DNA from: Vulcanimicrobiales bacterium
GTDB lineage: Bacteria; Vulcanimicrobiota; Vulcanimicrobiia; Vulcanimicrobiales; Vulcanimicrobiaceae
Length of the DNA: 64,000 bases
Direction: 5' to 3'
NCBI GenBank assembly: GCA_038231455.1
Contig: JBBRLI010000009.1
Span: forward strand, 71,159 to 135,158
In this document: positions 8,450-16,159 of the stretch, one piece after another
Numbering within the stretch: position 1 is the stretch's first letter
How the letters are laid out: each line of letters opens with the position of its first letter
Position numbers and translations under genes: made by a program
The notes under the pieces: model-generated
What the model saw: the letters and a program-made list of their open reading frames with translations, nothing else
The model's database searches: none
What the model was told of the DNA's origin: nothing

Positions 8450-10582
8450 TTGGCCGTAGCGGCCTCAACACCGAAGTCACCAAGCCTGCTTACACGCATC
8501 GGCTCTGCCGGTCATGTGTGGGTTGCTGCTGCCTCCGTCATCCTCATCATCCTGATGATCGTTCCGGTTGCCCCTTGGGTGATCGATCTGCTGCTCTCGG
8601 TGAACATCACCTTGGCGCTGGTCATCATGCTGACGACCCTCTATACGGAGAACGCGCTCGCGTTCAGCGTCTTCCCAACGCTGCTGCTCATCGTCACGCT
8701 CTTCCGGCTCTCACTCAACATTACGGGCACGCGCTCCATCTTGCTGCACGCCTACGCGGGCAAGATCATCGAAGCGTTCGGGAACGTCGTCGTGGGCGGC
8801 AACTACGCCGTCGGACTCGTTATCTTCGCGATCCTCATCATCATTCAGTTCGTCGTGATCACGAACGGCGCCGGCCGCGTCGCAGAAGTTGCCGCCCGAT
8901 TCACGCTCGATGCGATGCCCGGTAAACAGCTCGCGATCGACGCCGATCTCAACGCCGGACTGATCACTGAATCCGACGCGCGCCAACGGCGCAAAGATAT
9001 TCAGCGCGCAGCCGACTTTTACGGCGCGATGGACGGTGCCTCGAAGTTCGTCCGCGGCGATGCGATCGCTGCAGTCATCATCGTTTTCGTCAACATCATC
9101 GGCGGTTTTGTCGTCGGCGTGCTGCAACTGCATCTCGATCCCGGTACCTCGGCGTCGCGCTTTACGCTCTTGACGATCGGTGAGGGAATCGTTACCCAGA
9201 TTCCGGCGCTGCTCATTTCGACGGCGACCGGTATCATCGTTACGCGCGCGGCCTCGGAATCGAGCTTCGGCGCCGAGGTCTCAAAGCAACTCGTCCAAGA
9301 GCCGCGGGCGCTTGCGATTGCGGCCGGGCTGCTGCTGATCTTCGGGCTCTTCGGACTTCCGCCGTTCTACATGTTCACGATGGCGGCGATCCTCGCCGTG
9401 CTGTTCTTCCGCACCCGCGGAACGAAAGCGCGCAATGCTCTCGTCGCATCGGGCGGCGCGGGAGCGCTGCTCGGCGCCGCCGGCGGTTCCTCGACGGCCT
9501 CGCCGAGCGTGAAGCCGGCCGAATCCGTCGTCCCACTGCTCAGCTACGACCCGATGGAACTCGAGATCGGCTTCGGTCTCATCCCGCTCGTCGACGTCAG
9601 CCAAGGCGGCGATCTGCTCGAACGCATCACGATGATCCGTCGGCACGCCGCGCGCGAACTTGGGATCGTGGTTCCGCCGATCCGCGTTCGCGACAACCTC
9701 CAGTTAAAGCCCTCGACGTACATCATCAAAATTTACGGACTCGAAGTCGCTCGCGCCGAGGTCATGGTCAGCCGACTGCTTGCGATGAATCCCGGCACCG
9801 CCACCAATGGTATCGAGGGTATTCCGACCGTCGAACCGGCGTTCAACTTGCCGGCACTTTGGATTCCCGAGAGTACCCGCGGCGATGCCGAGATGGCCGG
9901 CTACACCGTCATCGATCCGACGAGCGTCATCGCAACGCATCTCACCGAAGTGATCAAAGGGCACGCCCCCGATCTCCTCGGCCGCCAAGAAGCATCGGCG
10001 CTCCTCGACAACGTCAAACAGCATTATCCGGTGGTCGTTGAGGAACTCGTTCCCAATTTGCTCACGGTCGGCGAGATCCAGCGCGTCCTCCAGAATCTCT
10101 TACGCGAGCGGATCCCGATCCGCAACCTCTTGCTGATCCTGGAGAACCTCGCCGACGGCGCACGACAGTCCAAAGACATCGACTTCCTCACGGAAAAAGT
10201 GCGCGCCGCAATGGCCCGCCACATCTGTGCGGAGTACGCCGAAAACGGTCTGCTCTCGGTCATCACGGTCGACCCGCGTCTCGAGCAGCTGCTCGGCGAA
10301 GCGGTTCGGCGCGGCGAGGACGCGTACGCACTACTCGATCCGAATACCGTGGCGAAGATCTACGGCTCGCTCACCAAGCAAATGCAGCTCGCGCAGCAGG
10401 CTGGCCTGCCGCCGATCGTCCTGGCCTCACCGTCCGTGCGGTTAGCGCTCAAACGCCTCACCGAACGCGCGGCTCCGAGTCTGGTCGTCCTTTCGTACTC
10501 CGAAATCGCGCCGGGTCTGCGCGTCGAGAGCATCGGCCAAATCACGACGACCGATGAAGTCGCCGAAACGGCAAGTGTGTGA
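8450..10582 (+). CDS. flhA: Flagellar export gate protein FlhA
   Basis: 710 aa with a TTG start. The conserved FlhA TM region is present (FPTLLLIVTLFRLSLNITGTRSILL, FVVITNGAGRVAEVAARFTLDAMPGKQLAIDADL), followed by the cytoplasmic FlhA-C domain. Confidence 0.93.
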   Translation: MAVAASTPKSPSLLTRIGSAGHVWVAAASVILIILMIVPVAPWVIDLLLSVNITLALVIMLTTLYTENALAFSVFPTLLLIVTLFRLSLNITGTRSILLHAYAGKIIEAFGNVVVGGNYAVGLVIFAILIIIQFVVITNGAGRVAEVAARFTLDAMPGKQLAIDADLNAGLITESDARQRRKDIQRAADFYGAMDGASKFVRGDAIAAVIIVFVNIIGGFVVGVLQLHLDPGTSASRFTLLTIGEGIVTQIPALLISTATGIIVTRAASESSFGAEVSKQLVQEPRALAIAAGLLLIFGLFGLPPFYMFTMAAILAVLFFRTRGTKARNALVASGGAGALLGAAGGSSTASPSVKPAESVVPLLSYDPMELEIGFGLIPLVDVSQGGDLLERITMIRRHAARELGIVVPPIRVRDNLQLKPSTYIIKIYGLEVARAEVMVSRLLAMNPGTATNGIEGIPTVEPAFNLPALWIPESTRGDAEMAGYTVIDPTSVIATHLTEVIKGHAPDLLGRQEASALLDNVKQHYPVVVEELVPNLLTVGEIQRVLQNLLRERIPIRNLLLILENLADGARQSKDIDFLTEKVRAAMARHICAEYAENGLLSVITVDPRLEQLLGEAVRRGEDAYALLDPNTVAKIYGSLTKQMQLAQQAGLPPIVLASPSVRLALKRLTERAAPSLVVLSYSEIAPGLRVESIGQITTTDEVAETASV

Positions 10583-10589
10583 TGCGGCT

Positions 10590-10616
10590 TAAGCTCGGTT
10601 GCTCTTCGGCCGATAG
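10590..10616 (+). promoter_or_regulatory. Candidate sigma-28 (FliA/SigD)-type promoter upstream of the PilZ-cheYCAW block
   Basis: TAAG (10590-10593), a 15-nt spacer, then GCCGATAG (10609-10616). This is a near-perfect fit to TAAA-N15-GCCGATAA. The -10 ends only 10 nt before the annotated ATG at 10627, which implies either a near-leaderless mRNA or a later start. Confidence 0.45.
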
Positions 10617-10626
10617 CGTAGAGTAG

Positions 10627-11301
10627 ATGCTACTTCGCGCGTTGGGTTTTAAGCCCAAGGTCGATGCGAGTTTGCGCCACCGTATGCCGGCGCTCCATTC
10701 GTTTGTCGACATGACCCTTGCAAAAGTGCTTCGCCCCGCCTCCGTCTGCGTTGAAACCATCGGGTCAACGTCGTTCCAGACCTCGACTCCACCTGGCCTC
10801 ACAGCCGGAATGGGCGCGGTCTTCAGCTACTCAACGGATCAAGGCAAGTACCGGTTCGCTGCAAAGTGTACCGCGATCAAAGGACCGCACGCGACCTTCG
10901 CGATGCCGTCACGGATCGAGGAAATCCAGAAATTCGGCGGGCAAAAACGCGCCAGCGTTCGGCTCGACACCACGGTCTCCGGACAGTGGCGTTTCGCTCC
11001 CGCCGGAAAAGGCATCGGAACGCTGAGTAAAGGTTCGATCACCGACATCAGCCGCACGGGCGCGTCGTTGATCATCGACCGTGAATTAAACCAAGGAACG
11101 CAGGTTGAGCTTCTCGTGTCGCTCAACACGACATCGCCGATGTCGTTTCTCGGCGAAGTAAAACGCGTCCAGAAAATCCCGGCATCGGGCAAGGTCTCAC
11201 ACGGACTGATGTTTCACGGCATCCGCCCGGACGAAGATAAAAAGATCATGGAATATATTAACAAACGGCAAGCGGAGCGGCGCAGCCGAGGTCTCGCCTA
11301 G
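10627..11301 (+). CDS. YcgR/MotI-like PilZ-domain c-di-GMP receptor
   Basis: 224 aa. The PilZ motifs RASVR and DISRTG are separated by 27 residues, and the domain is preceded by a ~100-aa N-terminal domain as in YcgR. The start is uncertain: in-frame ATGs also occur about 19 and 28 codons downstream. Confidence 0.8.
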   Translation: MLLRALGFKPKVDASLRHRMPALHSFVDMTLAKVLRPASVCVETIGSTSFQTSTPPGLTAGMGAVFSYSTDQGKYRFAAKCTAIKGPHATFAMPSRIEEIQKFGGQKRASVRLDTTVSGQWRFAPAGKGIGTLSKGSITDISRTGASLIIDRELNQGTQVELLVSLNTTSPMSFLGEVKRVQKIPASGKVSHGLMFHGIRPDEDKKIMEYINKRQAERRSRGLA

Positions 11302-11313
11302 AGTGGAGCGGCA

Positions 11314-11676
11314 ATGAGTAAGAAGGTGCTGATCGTCGATGACGCAGTCGTCATGCGCATGATGATCAAAGGCATCCTATCCAAGAACGGATTTGATGTC
11401 GTCGGTGAAGCGCAGAACGGCGCGGAAGCCGTCGATAAATATAAAGCGCTAATGCCCGATCTTGTGACCATGGATATGGTCATGCCCGAGATGGACGGTA
11501 TTACGGCGGTCAAGCAAATCATGGCCGCCGATCCGAACGCGAAAATCATCATGTGCACCTCGATGGGCCAACAAGCGCTCGTCGTCGAGGCGATTCAGGC
11601 TGGCGCGAAGTCATTTATCACCAAGCCCTTCCAGCCGCCGAAAATCCTCGAAACTATCAACAAGGTGCTCCAATGA
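11314..11676 (+). CDS. cheY: Chemotaxis response regulator CheY
   Basis: 120 aa single receiver domain: KVLIVDDAVVMR ... LVTMDMVMPEMDG ... FITKPF. Confidence 0.92.
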   Translation: MSKKVLIVDDAVVMRMMIKGILSKNGFDVVGEAQNGAEAVDKYKALMPDLVTMDMVMPEMDGITAVKQIMAADPNAKIIMCTSMGQQALVVEAIQAGAKSFITKPFQPPKILETINKVLQ

Positions 11677-12278
11677 CACCCTCACTGCAGCTCACTGAAC
11701 TGCAGAAAGACGCGCTCAAGGAGGTCGGCAACATCGGTGCCGGCCACGCCGCGACCGCGCTCTCGCAGCTGCTCAACACGACGATCAAACTCTCGGAGCC
11801 CTCGATCGACGTGATCAAGTTCCGCGATCTCTCGACCCGCGTCGGGTATGAGAATCGCATCGTTGCCGCATTGCACATGTACGTACGCGGCGAAGCGCCG
11901 GGCCAGATGGTCGTGCTCTTCGATCGCGAGAACGCGCTCGAATTTGTGAACGTGTTCATCAAGCGCATCATCGGCGACATCCAGATTTTCGACTCGATCG
12001 TCGACTCGACGCTCAAGGAACTGGGCAACATCATCGCTGGGTCGTATCTCACGGCGTTGATATCGCTAACGGGCATCAACCTCTTGCCGTCGGTGCCGAC
12101 GCTTTCGTACGGCACGATTCAAGCGGCGTTTCGTACGCTGATGTCGATCCTGCCCGACCAAGACGTCTTTTTGATCGAATCCGCCTTCCTCGATAAGGGC
12201 ATGACGGTCTCGGGCCAGTTCATTCTCATCCCGGAAACCGGATCGCTCGAACCACTGCTCTCCGTCTTCGGGGTGTAG
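11673..12278 (+). CDS. cheC: CheC-family CheY-P phosphatase
   Basis: I start it at ATG 11673, an ATGA overlap with the cheY stop (the track ORF begins at 11553). Both D/S-x3-E-x2-N-x22-P active-site motifs are intact: DALKEVGN + 22 aa + P, and STLKELGN + 22 aa + P. Confidence 0.85.
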   Translation: MTPSLQLTELQKDALKEVGNIGAGHAATALSQLLNTTIKLSEPSIDVIKFRDLSTRVGYENRIVAALHMYVRGEAPGQMVVLFDRENALEFVNVFIKRIIGDIQIFDSIVDSTLKELGNIIAGSYLTALISLTGINLLPSVPTLSYGTIQAAFRTLMSILPDQDVFLIESAFLDKGMTVSGQFILIPETGSLEPLLSVFGV

Positions 12279-12396
12279 TCTCCGCCCCCGGCGGGGCCCC
12301 TCACACGCGAACGAGGTCGATTTTTTGCACTGCGGTGCTGGGAATCGGCCTTTTTCTCTTCAGAACGGCTGCCCGTTCGCCGAAACAAGAGTAGTA

Positions 12397-14430
12397 ATGT
12401 CGGCTGACGATTTTTTCGACCGTACCGAGTTTATTCAGTACTTCCGGGACGAGACCGAAGAGCTGTTGCAAAGCATCGACTCGGATTTGCTCCGGCTTGA
12501 AGCGTTCGTCGACCACGACGAGCTCGACGCGGATATCATCGCGTCGCTCTTCCGCGCCCTGCATACCGTCAAGGGTAGCGCCGGAATGCTCGACTTCAAA
12601 GACGTCGCGGCCGTCGCGCATAAGCTTGAAAACGTTTTCGACCTTTTACGCAAAGACCGGATGCCGCTCTCCGAGCAGTGCATCAATTTGCTCTTCGAAG
12701 GTCGCGATCTCTTAACGGGGCTCGTCCATGCTGCCGTTGGTGATGGGTCGGCCCCGGGCGGGATCGACGACTACATCACGCGTCTCGATGCCTTCGCGCT
12801 TATTTACGAATCGACCGCAGCCGTGATCGATGGCGGCGAACGCGCGGCGATCGAAACCGATGCGCCGGTCGATGCGCTCGCCGACGCCGAAATCGATGCC
12901 TTCGAAGCCGAAGTCGCGCGCCTGCTCGCACAGCAGAGTGCCGGCGGAAGTTCGACCGGCGATGTCAACGCCGACGAAGCGCAAGCGGCGATGGATGCGC
13001 TGCTCGGGGCCGCATCGGTTGCGGCATTCATGCCCGAACCCGAACGCGAAACGGCCACCCCCGTTGCGAAACCAAGTTTCGCCGCAATCGCCGCAACCGC
13101 TGCCGCTCCCGCGGCTTCGTCTCCTTCGTCGATCGCCACCACGAGTAGCGCCAAGAGCGGTGAAGCTGACGCTGCGAAGCGTCCGGCAGGCGGAAAAAAC
13201 CAAACGATCCGCGTCGACATCGAACGGCTCGATTCGCTGCTCAACCTCGTCGGCGAGCTCGTCATTAACCGCACGCGTATCTCCGACATCGCCAATACCT
13301 TGGCGCGCTCGGTCGGCGGCAACAACAAAAGCGCCGATGGCGTTTCGGGTCTGGCAAAAGATCTCGCCGAATCATCGGCCCTACTCGCGCGCACGACCAA
13401 CGAAATTCAAGAGAGCATCATGAAGGTCCGCATGGTGCCGATCGGTCAAGTCTTCGACCGCTTTCCACGCATGGTTCGCGATCTTGCGAAGGCCCGCGGC
13501 AAAGAGATCAAGCTGGAAATCGCCGGAGCCGAGACGGACCTCGACAAGACGATCGTCGATGAAGTCGGCGAGCCGCTCATGCACCTCGTGCGAAACTGTA
13601 TCGACCACGGTATCGAGAGCGCCGACGATCGTGAGAAACGCGGTAAATCGCGCTCGGGTACGATCAAGCTCAACGCGTTCCATGAAGGCAACCAAGTCAT
13701 CATCGAAGTGAACGATGACGGCGGCGGTATCGACCTTGTGCGCGTGCGCGAACGCGGCATCAAACAAGGCCTGATTGCCGAGGCCGACAAACTCACCGAT
13801 CGCGAGATCATCGATCTCATCTTCACGCCGGGCTTCTCGACGGCCGAAGCCGTCACCGATGTGAGCGGACGCGGCGTGGGCATGGATGTGGTGAAGAAGA
13901 ACATCCTGCGCCTCAAAGGCGTTTTCGAAGTCGACTCGGTGCTGGGTTCTGGCACCAAGTTCACGATGAAGTTGCCGCTGACGCTCGCCATCATTCAAGC
14001 GCTGCTCGTGCGTGTCGCCGATGAACTTTACTCGATTCCGCTCGATTCGGTCATCGAATCGCAGCGCATCGATACAAGCGAAGTCCGCACGGTGCACGGC
14101 GGCGAGGTCATCACGCTGCGCGGCCAAGTCGTGCCGCTCATTCGCGTGGGCGAATTCTTCCAGCTTACCAACGCGCGCGATCCGGACAAAGTCATGATCG
14201 TTATCGTCGGGCTGCAGGGACGCCAAGTGGGTCTGGTCGTCGATTCGTTCCAGGGCGAACAGGAGATCGTTATTAAGCCGCTCTCCGACGTCATCGGGCG
14301 TATCGCCGGCATCTCGGGTGCGACGATCCTGGGCAACGGCTCCATCTCCCTCATTATCGATGTTCACTCGCTCGTCGCGGGCGCATACCAGAACGGCCGC
14401 ACCGCGCGCGCCGAATTTTCAGGAGTATAG
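12397..14430 (+). CDS. cheA: Chemotaxis histidine kinase CheA
   Basis: I start it at ATG 12397 (MSADDFF...). The Hpt/P1 domain has the phospho-His in LHTVKGSAG. An Ala/Pro-rich linker follows, then the dimerisation domain, HATPase (DDGGGID ... GRGVGMDVV) and a CheW-like P5 domain. Confidence 0.92.
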   Translation: MSADDFFDRTEFIQYFRDETEELLQSIDSDLLRLEAFVDHDELDADIIASLFRALHTVKGSAGMLDFKDVAAVAHKLENVFDLLRKDRMPLSEQCINLLFEGRDLLTGLVHAAVGDGSAPGGIDDYITRLDAFALIYESTAAVIDGGERAAIETDAPVDALADAEIDAFEAEVARLLAQQSAGGSSTGDVNADEAQAAMDALLGAASVAAFMPEPERETATPVAKPSFAAIAATAAAPAASSPSSIATTSSAKSGEADAAKRPAGGKNQTIRVDIERLDSLLNLVGELVINRTRISDIANTLARSVGGNNKSADGVSGLAKDLAESSALLARTTNEIQESIMKVRMVPIGQVFDRFPRMVRDLAKARGKEIKLEIAGAETDLDKTIVDEVGEPLMHLVRNCIDHGIESADDREKRGKSRSGTIKLNAFHEGNQVIIEVNDDGGGIDLVRVRERGIKQGLIAEADKLTDREIIDLIFTPGFSTAEAVTDVSGRGVGMDVVKKNILRLKGVFEVDSVLGSGTKFTMKLPLTLAIIQALLVRVADELYSIPLDSVIESQRIDTSEVRTVHGGEVITLRGQVVPLIRVGEFFQLTNARDPDKVMIVIVGLQGRQVGLVVDSFQGEQEIVIKPLSDVIGRIAGISGATILGNGSISLIIDVHSLVAGAYQNGRTARAEFSGV

Positions 14431-14433
14431 CTA

Positions 14434-14943
14434 ATGGCAATGGTCGACGATAAGAAACAGCTCTCCGGGCAGACGATGCAGGTCGTGAGCTTCGCACTTG
14501 GGAGCGAGGAGTACGGCGTCGATATCGCCCAGGTCCAAGAAATCAATCGCATGGTTTCGATCACGCACGTTCCGCGTGCGCCGCACTTCATGGAGGGCGT
14601 GATCAATTTGCGCGGCCAGTTGATCCCGATCATCGATCTGCGTACGCGCTTTGGGATGCCGCGCGCCGAACACTCGAAAGCAACGCGCATCGTCGTCACC
14701 GAAGTCGGGACGAAACGCGTCGGGATGGTGGTCGACTCGGTCTCCGAAGTGCTGCGAATTCCGATCGAAAATATCGAGGATGCGCCGGATATGATCTCGG
14801 GCGTCGACACGGAATACATCCGCGGCGTCGGCAAGATCACCGACCGCTTGATCATCATGCTGGATCTCGGCCGCGTAATTTCGCTTTCCGAAAAAAGTGC
14901 ACTCGATGCAACGATGGATTCTGCGGAAATGGCTGGAACCTAA
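14434..14943 (+). CDS. cheW: Chemotaxis coupling protein CheW
   Basis: 169 aa with the CheW fold signature (VVSFALGSEEYGVDIAQVQEI ... VINLRGQLIPIIDLR). There is a 3-nt gap after cheA. Confidence 0.9.
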   Translation: MAMVDDKKQLSGQTMQVVSFALGSEEYGVDIAQVQEINRMVSITHVPRAPHFMEGVINLRGQLIPIIDLRTRFGMPRAEHSKATRIVVTEVGTKRVGMVVDSVSEVLRIPIENIEDAPDMISGVDTEYIRGVGKITDRLIIMLDLGRVISLSEKSALDATMDSAEMAGT

Positions 14944-14949
14944 GGCCGC

Positions 14950-15900
14950 ATGATTCAGTCGGAAACCGCACCCGTCACGCTCGCGCAAATGGAAATCGCT
15001 CCGGTCGCTTGGTTCGACGGAGAGTTTTGCCCCACCGAATCGATTCACGTTCATCCCTTCGCGCATGCGCTCCACTATGGGACCGGCGTCTTTGAGGGAA
15101 TTCGCGCGTACGAGAGTGTTGATGGACGCGCTGGAATTTTTCGGCTTCGCGAGCACATGGAGCGTCTGCTGCGGTCTGCTGCCGTTTACGATCTTGCAAC
15201 ACCATACGATGTTCAGAGGTGGTGCGATTCCACGGTCGAGGTCATGCGCAAAAACCGCATTCTCTCGGCGTATATTCGTCCGCTGATTTTCTTTGGTGAG
15301 AAGACGATTTCGCTGGCTCCGAAATTCCATTGCCCGACGCACTCGATGATTGCGATCCGTGCTCTTGCCGGCTATTTTGGCGGCGTGCGCGGCGACGGTA
15401 TCGGCGTGACGATTTCTAAGTGGAAGAAGTTCAGTTCCGCGGCCCTGCCCGCAACGGTCAAGGCGTCGGGCCATTACGCGAACTCCGTGCTTGCGATGCA
15501 AGATGCGGTTACGCGCGGCTTCGAAGAAGCGATCTTGCTGAACGACCGCGGCGAAGTCGCCGAGGGGACGGGCGAGAACGTCTTTGTCGTCAAGAACGGC
15601 GCGATTGCGACGAACGACTTCACCGCGGATGCCCTCGATGGGATCACGCGTGCGACCGTGATCGAACTTGCGCGCGATCGCGGCTACGATGTGACCGTGC
15701 GACCGCTTTCCGTTGACGACTTGATGAGCGCCGATGAGGTGTTCTTCACCGGCACCGCGGCTGAGGTAACGCCGATCTCGCACATCGACGGCCACGTCTT
15801 TGCAAGCGATCGGCCCGTCACGCTTGCCCTGCGCGACGCCTACTTGCGTGGGGTCCGGGGCGAAGATCCCAAGCACGCGGCATGGGTTACTTTCGTCTAG
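14950..15900 (+). CDS. ilvE: Branched-chain amino acid aminotransferase (class IV)
   Basis: 316 aa with the motifs HYGTGVFEGIRAY, KASGHYANSVLA and EGTGENVFVVKNG. It begins 6 nt after the cheW stop. Confidence 0.85.
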   Translation: MIQSETAPVTLAQMEIAPVAWFDGEFCPTESIHVHPFAHALHYGTGVFEGIRAYESVDGRAGIFRLREHMERLLRSAAVYDLATPYDVQRWCDSTVEVMRKNRILSAYIRPLIFFGEKTISLAPKFHCPTHSMIAIRALAGYFGGVRGDGIGVTISKWKKFSSAALPATVKASGHYANSVLAMQDAVTRGFEEAILLNDRGEVAEGTGENVFVVKNGAIATNDFTADALDGITRATVIELARDRGYDVTVRPLSVDDLMSADEVFFTGTAAEVTPISHIDGHVFASDRPVTLALRDAYLRGVRGEDPKHAAWVTFV

Positions 15901-15916
15901 CGGCGAAGGGAAGCGT

Positions 15917-16159
15917 GTGACCAGTTCCATTCCCGGCTCCGAAAACGGCACGCCGCCCAAACCTGACAAACCGTCCGTCGCCCTCCAGCGCACGTTCGTG
16001 TGGCTCGGGATCGCGAGCGCCTCGGCTGCGGTGACCTATCTTGTTATTCGCGCGTCAATGCGACGCGCGCCGGTCGACCCGACGAGCGAGCGCATTCAAT
16101 CGCTCATCGACGAAGCCAACCGCCTGTTGCGGACGCTCGACGATAAAAAGCACGGTTAG
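15917..16159 (+). CDS. Small hypothetical membrane protein
   Basis: GTG start, 80 aa, with one clear TM (FVWLGIASASAAVTYLVI) followed by an amphipathic helix. Its sequence looks more protein-like than the overlapping N-terminal extension of the rlmD ORF. I recognise no homology. Confidence 0.35.
   Translation: MTSSIPGSENGTPPKPDKPSVALQRTFVWLGIASASAAVTYLVIRASMRRAPVDPTSERIQSLIDEANRLLRTLDDKKHG

Noticed and set aside
12279-12396. The 118-nt cheC-cheA gap, with a short GC hairpin (GCCCC-CGGC-GGGGC) and a T-run, as an internal terminator or attenuator.
   Set aside because: The 5-bp stem is not adjacent to the T-run, and the geometry does not fit an intrinsic terminator. It is more likely just a spacer holding the cheA ribosome-binding site. 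I could not support any regulatory call.
14431-15993. A 520-aa ORF on the minus strand, antisense to cheW and ilvE.
   Set aside because: The plus strand encodes clear CheW and IlvE proteins over the same bases. The antisense product is Arg/His/Asp-rich with no recognisable motifs. It is a typical shadow ORF of GC-rich DNA.
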